A stretch of DNA of 64,000 bases from NCBI GenBank assembly GCA_973895155.1, contig OZ316897.1:7120470-7184469 (forward strand), read 5' to 3'. Origin of the DNA: Marsupella aquatica (lineage: Eukaryota > Plantae > Marchantiophyta). Of this stretch, positions 13,301 to 25,895 are shown one piece after another. Within the stretch, counting starts at the first letter, position 1; each line of letters begins with the position of its first letter. Position numbers and translations under genes: made by a program. Under the pieces are notes generated by a model. That model was given only the letters and a program-made list of their open reading frames with translations. It did not search any database and was not told the DNA's origin.

Positions 13301-13713
13301 AAGATCAGATATCACATGAAGAGCTACTTGCAAGGAGGATGGAACATTTCCAAACAACTCCAGAAAAGATTGACATTGTAATGGAGAAAGTGAAGCAAGC
13401 ACGAGAGAAGAATAAGGTCAGATTTGATAAGACTCATCGATTGAGACCTATTCAAATCAAAGAAGGAGATTGGGTTCTTATTGCAGAAGGAGGGTTGGAG
13501 TAACAACATTCGATAAAAGCTAAGTTTATGAGAAGATGGAGAGGGCCATTTGTGGTTGTTACTATTCACCCAAATGCAACATACACAGTTCGAGAGTTAG
13601 ATGGAGCAATTCATCAAGTTCCTTATGCACGCAAGAGGGTTAAGCTTTTCAAACAACGTTTGAAATTTCATTTACAAGATGTGTATGATTTGAGTGATGT
13701 AGAGGACTTTTGA
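10351..13713 (+). pseudogene. pol: Pol (RT-RNaseH-integrase) of element A, with several in-frame stops
   Basis: DLYSGYDQ, LPQGATNS and FLDD (RT). IDASPYG and ETDC (RNase H). H..GH..C..C, WGIDIV, RADRGE and NGKSER (integrase). WRGPF motif. Confidence 0.92.
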
Positions 13714-13770
13714 AGCTGGGTCATAAGGTTGGTGCAGACTGGAGGCTGCACAAGTTTAGTGGGGGTGATA

Positions 13771-15334
13771 TATCGTGGGGATTCCTTTTAGAAGGCTAGA
13801 ATCCATATTGTGTTATTTGAGTTTATGTGAAGAGGGTTTTACTTAAAAGCTTCATAGTAGTACTATTAGAGCATATATGTTACATTCTATATGTAGTGTG
13901 TACATTCTACAATGGTACACAGTAGTTCCACCATTTACGCATAGTAGTTTTACAAACTAGATGCATAGTAATTCCACCAAATACGCATAGTAGTTGCACC
14001 AATTACGCATAGTAGTTTCACCAACTACGCATAGTAGTTGCACCAATTATGCATAGTAGTTTCACCAACTATGCATAGTAGTTGCACCAATTATGCATAG
14101 TAGTTTCATCAACTATGCATAGTAGTTGCACCAACTACGCATAGTAGTTTCACCAACTACGCATAGTAGTTTCACCAACTACGCATAGTAGTTTCACCAA
14201 TTACGCGTAATAATTCCACCAACTACGCACAGTAGTTCCACCAACTATGAATAGTACTAGCACACTTATAGATGCTTGATGCTTGCCACTTGGCTTCCAT
14301 CCAAGGGTCAAGGCATCAATCCATGCCCTCTTGGAAAACACAAAGGGGCACTATAAATAAAGTGAAGAGGAACACACTCTCCTCATTTGCATTGTTTGAT
14401 CTATCGTGTTGGACTTGCAACACTGTAAGGAACTCTTCCCCTCTTGTGCACATGTCTTGTTTATTATTTACCTCCATGCTTGGGTACTAACTTGATTGTT
14501 AGCCTTAGAACTATTTTATGTTTTATGTTTATTAGTCTTGAGATCAATTTAGTGTGTTTGTAATAAATAATATGATAAATGGAGTACCTAGAGTTTATCC
14601 CCCACCTGCTGTGCCATTCGTCAATCCTTTCTTAATTAGAATTCATTGTCTTAGCAAGCATACCATGAGAATGCATCTTCTTTATCATTTTGGGTTTGAG
14701 TTAATGGAAACAGTTATGAATAGCGATGCACCATTTGTATACCCGATCGTTGTTTATGGAAATGAATGGAATGTAATTATTTTTATTTTATATTAGATGG
14801 ATTTTAATAGACAATCCATAAATGTACCGGAGTTAGATTTGAATAGGCTTCCTAATAATGTGTCTGATTTTCCTTCATCTATTGACATTAGAGTGGTATG
14901 CCGTAAGAAGGTTGATTGTAGAGATGTTTTAGTTAGAAAGTATGGAGATGAAAGATACAATGTTATGCTTAGGATGCTAGAGCCTGTGATTATATCATCT
15001 ATGGTAAATCTTAAGATCATAGTCTTTGTTTTCTATAATTGACTTATCTAATTGTAGGATTCGTTGGAAATTGCAATCTATGACTTGACTTGGGAAGTAA
15101 GTTATGTGGAAAGAGAATAGGCCGATTCGAGGCTTAGTGTGAGGAAGCCGCTCATCGTAGAGTGGGACAAAGGCTGTGAGAGATATTTTAGAGGATAACG
15201 GTGAGAGAAATTGATCGACAAAGGGGATCGCAAGGGTAATGTGAGGTGAGAAAAGGCATATTTTGGAAAGGTTTCTTCCAAGATAGGAAAAACAAGAGCT
15301 CGGTGCTTCCCAAGAACTAAAGATTTCCCCGACA
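13771..15334 (+). repeat. 3' LTR of element A (~1.56 kb)
   Basis: Follows AGTGGGGGTGATA. The start TATCGTGGGGATTCCTTTTAG is a degenerate inverted match to the end CTAAAGATTTCCCCGACA. Confidence 0.78.
13918..14258 (+). repeat. 22-bp tandem minisatellite (GCATAGTAGTT[T/G]CACCAA[C/T]TA[C/T]), about 15 units, inside the LTR
   Basis: Direct 22-bp periodicity, e.g. units at 14051, 14073, 14095, 14161, 14183. Confidence 0.95.
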
Positions 15335-16176
15335 ACGCTCGAAGGATAGTTTTTATTCATTTTAAACTAATAATTATAATTATTACCGGTAATAAGGGAA
15401 CTTTTAATGGTAAAATGGAAATAACAAGGGGTAAACACGAAAAGGGCCCGATCGTAGGGGGTCCACTTCTTTTACATGGAGTGAGGGCCCAGGGATTGGA
15501 TCGGACAGGATTGAGCGCGTATTGTTGGCATCGATCGTTGTTCCGATTGTTGTGAAGATTATGTTGAAAGATTGACAGAACTCTGCTGCCGGACGGACTG
15601 TTGGACAGAGATTCGATTTTCAGTTTGATGGTGTTTGGCGACACTTCGTGGTATCTTGGATTGTGCATCGTATTGTTTGATTGGATCGCCGGTATGTGGA
15701 TCCAAGTTAAGATCGTGTGAGTTTGATTATTGAGCGGATCTGGAGTTGGAGATTCAACAGATCTGTAGCCTGTATGCACAAATTTGTTGACAATGTGTAG
15801 ATCGTTTGTGTTCCTTGGTTGTAGATCGACGTGTTTGAGTTGTATCAATTGGCTGCAAGCAGATCGGGTGTGGAAACGTTCTATCTTGTGAAGCAGTGGC
15901 TATTTTTATGAAGGAAATGAGGACCAATGTTGTTGAATCGAGCTTCAACATTTCCGCAAAGGAACGACATTGAGGGCGCAACCAAGCCAACCGTCTAGCA
16001 AAAGTGACAATTGCATTTTTTGCGAAGGAAATGACCCGGCACATGTTGCTATTTTGATGGTGCTATCGGATGCAAATTTGCGAGTGCGCGGCGATATTGC
16101 TGTCTAGTTCTTTCATATGCAGATTTGCAAGGCGCGGCCGTATTGTTGTCTAGTTCTTCCATACGCAGATCTGCAA

Positions 16177-16515
16177 GCCGTGGACATTGCATTTTCTGTG
16201 AAGAAATAGATATGCAAATGTCACCAAATTTGATGGCGTCTCGGCATAGCGAAGCATTGCGGGCTCACTCTTAGCTCATCTTGGCGTATCTACAAGCCGT
16301 GGACATCGCATTTTCTATGAAGAAACAAAGACGCATATGTCACCAAATTTGATGGCGTCTCGGCATAGTGAAGCATTGCGGGATCACTCTTAGCTCATCT
16401 TGGCGTATCTACGAGCCGTGGACATCGCATTTTCTGTGAAGAAACAAAGACGCATATGTCACCAAATCTGAATGGAGTCTTGGCGTAGCGGGCTCACTCT
16501 TAGCTCATCTCGGCA
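16177..16515 (+). repeat. 119-bp tandem repeat, about 3 units
   Basis: GCCGTGGACAT at 16177, 16296 and 16415. Confidence 0.9.
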
Positions 16516-16883
16516 TTTAGAGGGGACGACTACCATCCTTTCATGGCATGGAAGGGATTGTTTTAGCATTTGGAGGGGCCATCCATGGATGACTACCATG
16601 AGTTGAAATTAAGGCATGGAGGCAACATTGATCGCCTACTTACGTGTCCATCACCTAGGGCACTAGTGCGGCTGCCCAACCCATTGCCACAGCTGCTGCT
16701 TCTTCTAGCAGCACTAGCCAGAGTGGCACACCATCCACCAATAGCACTCCAGCAACATCCACCGCTACTCCTACCGGTGTGATTGTGATAGGGACTGGAG
16801 TTGCGCCAACATTTAATCCTATGGTGGAATTCTTTGAGGTACTGAAGCAGAACTTTCATGGTGTGAGAACTGATAAGTTGAAG

Positions 16884-19792
16884 TGTGACACGGGCAGCGT
16901 GTCACTTAATCGAACGCAAGTCATAGATTAGGATTTAATGACCGTAGCCGTAGCATAGAATAGCACCAATAGCTGTATTTACCATTATGAATAGATTAGG
17001 AGTAGGTTAGTTGACCAAATGATTATGAATTAAGGAAGATGATTATTACGCTTGACCGAGGTACGGTAACGGCGGCGGACTAAAAATCCGTTAGGAGAAT
17101 CACGCTTGGACCGAGACGCCGACTTCGGCTCATTATCAACGTCCAAAATGGCCTTGCCCTCTCACGCTCGAGCTCACCCTGGCACCTCCATAAGAGCGGA
17201 GTCAATGGTGCTGCGGGCCATTTGCTCATTCCTACCTTTTGGAATTTGCGGATGCTGCCATTCACTCTCGCCTTTTGCTCGAATCAAGCTGACCTTTACG
17301 AGATTATCGAGGGATAAGAGCGGATTGTGGCAAGATTTAGTCAGGGCGAGTAAGGCCTCCACCAGCAAGCGGACCGGTCGGGCGAGAATACGGACTCGAC
17401 GAACCAGACTACAAAGGTTAGTATGACCCTTACAGCCTTGGGATTTTGGACCTTGTTTGGCGAGGTTGGTGCTAAGTTCTCCGAGACTTATTGGTACTCT
17501 TGCCCCGAGAAAGCCGCGTACGAACAAAGATACGCGAAGCTGGTGGCCAAAGTAGCACAGGTTAACTATGAGAAGATGACCATCACCAAGGATTCCAGTT
17601 ACAATGAGCTGCGGGATTACATCACCGAGCTATATATCAGCGAGGAAGGGTTCAGATCGGTGGCAGAGGCAATTCTTGAAGTTCCCGCAAAGTTCTTTAG
17701 GCTAAGGGGCAGCCAGAGATTGACTCTAGTGGAGTTCGACAAGATTCTGGGATATATCGACCAGCAGATTGCAGTCGAGAAGCGTGAAGAAGACATCAAC
17801 AGACAACGGGAAGCGGCGCGTAACCTACGCTCCTCGGGGAAAGCTCCAACGCCTTCAACTGGGATATGGCTACCCCGACACCACCCCCAGCCCCTCAACC
17901 GATGACCACCGGCGTACCACCAAACCGGGCCCACGTCCATCCCGTGAACAACATCGAGTGTTCCTCGGGTTCCAAGCGTGTTAGTCCGCAGCTTGAGCAG
18001 CGTTCTCAGAAGCGGTCAAGGACAACGCCGGCCCCCGAACCAACAATGCAAACCAACGCCACCCCTGCACCTGCCCGAGGAACCGCCGGTACCCGAGAGG
18101 ATGGAGGACTACCAAGTAGCTCTAGGGACCATGGCCTATGACCTGGTCCGTCCAGAAGTTTAGTCAGACTCTATCAGGGGAGCTGGCGACGTACATCGGA
18201 CAACAAGTCTCGGTGTACTTTCAACCAGCCTTCTTCATGTTAGAGCACCAACCACGGATTGTAAGCCGCTTGGAGGAATAACTCATGGCAAAGGGGAACG
18301 AGATTGGGCGCCTCCAAATGCTGGTAGAACACCTCAAGGAGGAGGCCACTACCCGCCGTGAGGAGTTAGTCCGCACCGTCAAACAGCGGGATGGACTAAC
18401 CCCAAGAGTTGAGCGAGGTGCAAGCGGATCTCAAGAAGCAGGACGACACCGTGCTTCAATTGCGCTCAGAATCCTCGCTCGGGTTACCAGCCTGACCGAC
18501 CTCAACAACCAATTCCTGCAGGCAGCTCAGCAGGTGGCTAGTCTCTCCGTTGAATGGGATAAATTGCTGGCGCAGGACCAGGCCCACCGTAACTCCTTTA
18601 ACCAGCTCAACCTGGAGGTAGCACGGCTCCAAGCAGAGGCCGATGAGGCGGCAAACAAGGCAGAGGAGGCGGTATGGGATAACAAGGCCTTGCAGGATCG
18701 CGTTACTTTGCTCGTCCTCCAGCGGGCAAGACCTGGGCCCATCTCTGATCAAGGCGGCTCAAGGTCTCACCCCGACAAGGGAACAAACCCTGGCCCGACC
18801 ACAGCACACACGTAAGGGGTGGTTAGCGGAGGGTCTGCGCAGGCGCCGCGCGAGGCAGTTGAGTCAGCAGTATCTTTTTGATTAGGCTTAACCACAGAAT
18901 AGCTATCATTAGGCGCCGATTAGCGGCACAATAGGAAGAATTAGGACAAGATCAACCAACGTAGGATAGAGTCCATCAACGGACTATATTTTGGTCAGTA
19001 GACTTAGCTACTGCCATCCCGATCAACGCCCTTGCCGCCGACAGTCAATCGATCAGAGGAATGCGGCCGGTTAGTCAGAAGGTAGTTAGTTAGTAGGCAT
19101 TACCCCGGAAGGTAGTATCTTCTAGTTTCTTTCCGCAACCGTAGTATTTAGGCTTCCCCTTCCGCTGTGGGAGGGGGAGAAGGCTTAGTTATCTTAGCGC
19201 AAGAAAAGGCGAGGCACGGGGAGTCCCGGCCTGAGCAGGGTCAAGAGTGCACTAAGGAGTGAGAGCCAAAGTCGAGCTTGCTGGGCAAGCGCGGGGCAGG
19301 GCCTCGTAGAGACTAGGCATCGACTACAGTTGGGCCTGCTGACCCCCTTAGAAGTTGAGTCAACTATGTAAATTGATTCTTTGCTAAGTAAATGTAGTCT
19401 TTTCCCTCTGATTCTATCGCATGTAGCTGGTGTTGTGTATGTATTGTCTGGGCAAAGGCGCCATTTCAAGGGACGTACTGGGTGCGGACTAATGGTAGGG
19501 ATTGCCACCCATTGCATACTACAAGGTTCTATCGCATCGATGGCTTGAAAGCCCCAAGCCGGGAGTTAGTCCGAGTCACTAATTGTGGGAATATTCCAGC
19601 GGTGGAAAACAAATATACCTATGACCAGTACGAGTTGCGTAAGTATTATACCGGTAAGTATATTGACTTAGCCCAACTTAGGGCTAATCGAGGCCACTAC
19701 ACACCTCCTTGCCCGAACCCTCACCCCTACTGGTGGCCGAGGTCGCCCCATGGAACTAAACTGGATTTAAGGCTCGGGTTAGGGGCACGACA
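16884..19792 (+). mobile_element. Solo LTR C (2.9 kb) containing decayed ORF remnants
   Basis: TGT...ACA ends and 5-bp TSD TGAAG (16879-16883, 19793-19797). The empty site GATAAGTTGAAGGGTCTTC is seen in the inverted paralog near 58260-58280. No gag/pol. ORF pieces at 17423-18815, partly coiled-coil-like. Orientation inferred from those ORFs. Confidence 0.82.
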
Positions 19793-21180
19793 TGAAGGGT
19801 CTCCAAGAGTTTCAGCGCAAGGTTGGAGAAAGTCTACGTGAGGCATACACTCGTATGCACAGATTGATCATTGTCACCAAGGGAGTGACAGAGGCTCAGG
19901 GAGTCCAATTTTGGTATGCAATTATGGACAGAGAATTGTGACGCAAAGTGAGAGATGTCACTCTGCTTAGGGATGCAGATCCCACATTAGCAGTTGTTTT
20001 TACCCTTTCTGAGCGCATTGAGCTCAATATGATGAATGAGAAGGTGGTGACTTCCGGATTTGTCAAGGAAGCACCGAAGCCTGCATCTACATCCACACCA
20101 CAGCTTATTGCACGGAAGAGCCAAAGGGAGAAGCCTACTGCATGAGAGTCTACCAACCAGAGACATGTGCCCTCTTATGCTAGATAGCAGTCAGGATGTT
20201 GGACCTGTGGTGGGGATCATGCATAGAGATATTGCCCAGATCATAGAGGATCAGGGGGAGCATCAACGTCTGATCAGCAATAGTGTGATCATTGTGGAGC
20301 TCCTGGACACACCAAGGATAGGTGTTTCTCACTCCATCCTGAGTTACGGAGAGGAGTACCCTGTACATATGATCAGGGAAGAGGAGGAGGTAGAGGTGGT
20401 GGATGTGATCGTGGCATGCCACATGCAGGGAGACAAGGAGGTGACACTGCCCATGCTGTAACCATAGATCCAATTGAAAGAATGCTAAGATTGCTCAATT
20501 GGAGCAACAACTAGCTGCCATGGCTAGTTCCCAGGTGAGACCTACTTCTGGTGTGGTGCGTCCCATGGCTCCCTAAACCCAAGAAACCCCCTTGCACAAG
20601 CCGATTCCCGCAGGTTTTGCGGCTTAGTGGCATGGGACGCTGCTAATTTCTACTAACATTTTACACACATATACTGGACAGATCCTTCATCGGGTCATGA
20701 GATACGTAGCCGGCCTCTTCTATGTCTTCCCTTGGTCTCCTCTCTTGGTCTTCCTTCAGGTGTGTTTGGATTCCGCCGCCGGAATGATCCCCAACTGGCT
20801 TGGGTAAGCTGCTAAGACCTCTCTCAGCTTGACACATCCAACTCTTACTACCTTGCTTACTCCCTTCTCTTGGTTGATGTGGGCAATCTTCAAACAAGTT
20901 AATGCGACACACAAATAGCAAAATGACTCCTTCTGACTGAGTTAATAGTACTTCTCATACACAAGATCTACGAACTAAGCTGTGAGGCCAACTCTGTTCA
21001 TCTCTTAGGCATGAGGAAACGTGAATATACACAAGGGTCACAGTATAACTAACCGAGAGCTTCTTTTACTACCTGATCCCAGTCCTGCTGGTGCACTAAA
21101 ATCCTGCTAAGAAGAAGGCCCTCAACTCCCTGCAGCCCAGGTACTTATCTTGGCAATGGATCCGCCTAATTCTTTGCAGC

Positions 21181-24100
21181 TGTGATGCCTAGACAGGAAT
21201 CACTCGGCCGGTTAAGTGGGTAAAGCAGGAAGGCACCCTAGGAACACCTTAGTATAGTGACAAAACAAGGAAAATATAAACAATTAGGGGCAACCATGGA
21301 ACCCGGGCCGAGGCTGGAGGTAAGACTAAGGGTGAAAACCCGATTAGGGTTAGGGCGCGTTAAGCGTCGGCGGCTAGGAAGGATCAACGGGAAGAAGGAC
21401 CGGCAGAGGAGAGGGGTAAGGAGCGCTTGCAGGAGATGGTGGCTCATTTGCGAGCACGAACTAGGCAGACGACTACGGGAGGCCAACTACTGTCAGCTGC
21501 TTAGGCAAGCACTCGGGGAGAGAGTAGATACCGACGATCGACCTAAGGAGGGTATGAGCAACGTCAATCAAGCGGCACATTTCTGGGGATGCCTGTTCGA
21601 ACGGGCAACTGAGTACATCAAGACTTACGAGGACAAGGAGTCAGAAAGGGCAGCTCGAGAACGGCAAGAGCTCGCTCGATTGTGGGAGCTGCAGAAGACG
21701 GCTTTCTTAGGAGGCGAACTCATCAAGGACGAGTTCCTGTGGACGCCTACTTCCAATCAACTCGACGATCTTCTGTTTTGCAAAGACAGCGTCGTCGGCA
21801 TCCGAGAGGCCATCAAGAACTGCAACGACATACATTGGGAATTAAAGGGTAGCACGGAAAGGTGGACCCAGGCAACGGTGCTAGGAGAAACCTCCACGGC
21901 AGCAGAGATGAAGAGGAAGGGAGCCGTCAACGATGAAGCCACCCCGGCAAAAAGAACGAGGTCGGCGGCACCAAAGAAGCCAGCCGAGCAGCAGAGCAGG
22001 AGGCAGGGAGAAGCCGAAGAGGAGGAGGTCGATCCCATCAAGGCCATTCCAACCAGGGATGACACCTGGAAGGGCTGGGCGGCAACCCTACCGGTGGAGG
22101 TGCAACTACATTTTGCACGGGAGGAGGATGCATGCTTTACGGCCATGCAGACCAAGAAGTACCAAGGCTTCATGGCCGGATCCGGCTTGGAGGCCTTTGT
22201 AAGATTACCATGGCTGAAGCCGGAGGTACCGGAGTCAGACCTATTAGAATTCGTGGGGTCATGGGAACCCGAGACCAATTGCACGAGGATATATGGGAAG
22301 GATTTCTATCTTACTCCCAAGGTAATTGCCGAAGTGTTTGGCCTGCCGATAGGCAATAAGACCAAAGTTGATACCAGGAAGACCTTGCCTGACAAGGAGT
22401 TCCGGTCGTTCCCCGGGCCATCAACGAAGAATGGCTTCTTCCGGAACACCTGCACCAACCCGCACATAGGAGAGATGATCGACTTCTTGCGGGTGACCAT
22501 GCATTGTAACTTGCCGAGGGTAGAGATCGGCAAGGCACAGGTCTATCTGGCAGAAAGGCCAGACCCAAGCCGGGACTACAACGGGTACCTCCTCAACCAA
22601 TTGAAGAAGATCTTAAAGGAGGAGCAGCAGGTAATCGGCATGGGGAGCGTGTCGCGGCTTGGCTATCACATGCCGCTGTTGTGCCGGTATGCCAGAAGTC
22701 AGACTTTTGCCCCGGTACTTCCCCTGTAGGTAAGGGCACCCGAGGAAGCTCCAACGCCGAGGCCGTTGGCTGAGAAGCCTCAACCACCTATTAGTCCTAT
22801 GATCGAGCAGGTGTTTAGGCCCAGGAAGGAAGACTTGCCGATGCAGCAACCAGGCATGCAGAGTCTGCTGAAACTACTGGAGAAAGAAAAGAAATTGGCA
22901 TCGGCAACAACAACGGCAACGGCAACAATGCAGGACACTACTACAGAGGTAGGCCAACACCGGCTCACAAGAGAAAACCCCTTTGCTGGAGACAAGGAGA
23001 GAATCAGGCCGGAATCCAAGCCATGTGTTCGAATGTACGTGGGAACCTCAAGCTCCGAATCTGAGGCAGAATTGCCTGAAGCTCCTACCGAGGAAGAGGA
23101 GAGGGAGAAGCCGGACGTCCAAGAGGTAGAGGAGGCAGTGGAGGACTGCAGCCATGATAATTCCGGCTATGGGTCGGACCATCACGTTCCAGGAGTAAGG
23201 ACCTGTGGCCGGTTTGTCCCCACACTTCCAAGGGTAGTGCGAGGGGACCCCAACCAGCAGAGTAGCCCTGAGTCTCCCCCACCAGATGTTGCTCCCCCGA
23301 GCTTCGACGGCATAAAACAGACGGTGCAGGAATTTCAGGAGCGAATCAAGCAGGAGGAAGAGGCCGCCCTGGCTAAGGAAAAGGATTTACCAGGGGGAGA
23401 TTGGCCGGAGGACATCAGGCGGCTAGCCGAAAAAGGAAGCAAACCTCTAGCCACGATTGAAGAGATCCGCATGACGGCTTGGGAGCAGAGGCCACGATGG
23501 GCGATGCCGATCACTTCTACTTACTCCACCTACGCTAAGAATAGAGCCATGGAGTATGGTGAGATGTGTGGGGAACTTGCGCTCGGCATCTTTGGAGAGG
23601 AGTTGGAGGTAGGACCCTTTTTCCATAGGGAGCAGTTGGAGAAGCACCAATTAGAAGAAGCGGTGGCTTTAGAGAGAAGCAAGAAGGACGAGGTCATTCG
23701 GCGGCTTAGGAGGATGGAAGCCGAGATTGAAGATCTAAGGGCGGCCAAGAAAGCCCAAGATGAACTGCGGATTAAACGACATGAGTTGAACATCATGCAG
23801 GGGCAGTTGGACGCCGCGCAGGCTGATAATCAGAATATCAAGGATAAACTGACTCAGACGCAGGAAGAGTTGGCCGACACGATCAAAGAGAGGGAGAAGT
23901 GGAAGCAAGAGCTGAAGAATACAGAGGAGGCCCACATAACAGCCAACAGCCGGGCCATGGCGGAGACCCAAAGAAAGGAATGGGCGTTGAAAGGGGAGCT
24001 CGAGAAAATCCACGGAGCCCTTGAGCAGAAGGAGGTCGAGTTAGGGAAATCCTATCAAGGGATTATGGCGCTGCAGCAGGAGCTTGCGTCCCTGACGGCC

Positions 24101-25826
24101 AGCTTCAAGGCCGACCTAAGGGAGAAGGACGAGATGCTCGAACAGACTTACGCCAAGATGAACCAGATGGAGTCTGTCATCATTGCAGAGCTCGACAAGG
24201 AGCTAAGAGCAACCCAGGAGGAGAGGGCTACCTTGAAGAAGGAATTGGAGGAAGCCCACAGGGAGCAGGAGGAGGCCAAAAACGAGCTGGAGGGGGCACG
24301 TAAGGACCTGGATGAAACCCAAGAGGAGTTGGAGGAAATCACGAGGAAGATGGAGAACCTACAACCAAACAGAGCGGCTGAAGAAACAAGCCGCAGTATT
24401 TAAATGCTTAGCTGCAGCAGGTCCATCTCCCGTTGGGACAAACCAGTTACCAGGGGTGGTAATTGCCGAAGGACAAGCCGCGCCACCTACACCAGTGCCG
24501 GAAGTAAGTGGGAAGGGGAAGGGACCAGCTGCCGAGCCACCAACGAAGAAGAAGCGGACACCTTCAGGGTCAAGGAGTAATACGACTTCACAGGCCGTGG
24601 TGATCAAGGAGGTAGACCCAGCACCGACCCCAGACAGGGTCACGGCTAAGGATCCAACTACCCTAGGGGAAGGGGAGGCCGAAGCCGAGGGAGTGGCTGA
24701 AGCCGAAGCCGTTGGAGTGGCTGAGGCCGAAGCCGTGGGTATTGCCGAGGCCGGTGTCGAGGCTGAAGCCGAAGGTGGACCCAGTCAGGCCGATGGAGAG
24801 TTGACTCGGTCAAGGGCAGGTAATCTGTCAGTAGGCGGGCCAACGGCAGTGGCTGAGGAGGAAGTGTTGGGGGCGTCCATTGAGGATCCACCACCGGTGT
24901 CGTGACGGTGCAAGGGCGCCGTTCCTTTTAGGGAGGGCGGACGTGGAGGGAGGAGGCGTGAGTGGGCAGGGCGGGCGCGGATCTCCACGTTTAGGATTAG
25001 GATCAGAACCAGGAGCGGCCCTGACACTTAGCTTAGTGGGATTGCGGTCCCACTGGTAGGAGCAACACTTGTGCTCCTGCCTTGCTGTACATAGGTAGAT
25101 TCGGGCAAGTAGATTACTGTCAGGTAGATTAGGCTTACGATGCAAAGAATGGCGGATCCACTACCAGGATAAGTACCTGGGCAGCGGGGAGCTCAGGGCC
25201 TCTTCTTTAGCAAGTTTTTAGTTTGCACCAGCCGGGCTGGGATCAAGTAGTACAAGAAGCTCTCGGTTAGTCATACAGTGACCCTTGTGTATATTCATGT
25301 TTCCTCATGCCTAAGAGCTGAATAGAGTTGGCCTCACGGCTTAGTTCGCAGAACTTGTGTATGAGATGTACTGTTTGTATGGCAAGTGCATGGTATGACT
25401 CAGTCAGAATGAGTCATTTTGCTATTTGTGTGTCGCATTAACTTGTGTGAAGAGTGCCCACATCAACAGAAGGAAGGAAAGTAAGCAGGGGAGTGAGAGT
25501 TGGATGTGTCGAGCTGAGAGAGGTCTTAGCGGCTTAACCAAGCCTATTGGGGATCATTCCGGCGGCGGAATCCAAACATACCTAACAAGACGGAGGGGAA
25601 GACAGGGGAAGACAGGGGAAGGCCTATATTAGGCCGGCTACGTATCTCATGACCCGATGAAGGATCTGTCCAGTATATGTGTGTAAAATGTTAATAGTAG
25701 TAGTAGAAGGTTAGCAGCGTCCCATGCCGCTAAGCCGCGGAAACGGCCTCGCCAAGCACGAAACCTGCGGGAATCGGCTTGAGCTGGGGGGTTTCTTGGG
25801 TTTAGGGAGCCATGGGACGCACCACA
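21181..25826 (+). repeat. 5' LTR of element D (4646 bp)
   Basis: Direct repeat of 32051-36710. Differs by roughly twenty substitutions (counted by eye) and a 14-bp deletion near 24362. Confidence 0.97.
21257..24905 (+). pseudogene. LTR-encoded ORF, disrupted copy
   Basis: Same as 32127-35789 but with CAG>TAG at 22727 and a 14-bp frameshifting deletion near 24362. Confidence 0.9.
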
Positions 25827-25895
25827 TTTTTGGCGCTAGATGGAGGGGGCATTTCTTAAGCCGTGAGATATGAAGTTAGAACGGAAGCGTAGGTA

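Larger units (their letters stand above)
7638..15334 (+). mobile_element. Ty3/gypsy LTR retrotransposon A (decayed; 5' LTR interrupted by MULE copy 1)
   Basis: 7638-7928 repeats at 15044-15334 and both end ...CCCCGACA. Order is gag-protease-RT-RNaseH-integrase. PBS-like TGGCGACC at 7933 and purine tract before 13771. Confidence 0.93.

Noticed and set aside
13918-14258. CRISPR-like array
   Set aside because: Units are head-to-tail with no unique spacers, there are no cas genes, and it lies inside a eukaryotic LTR.
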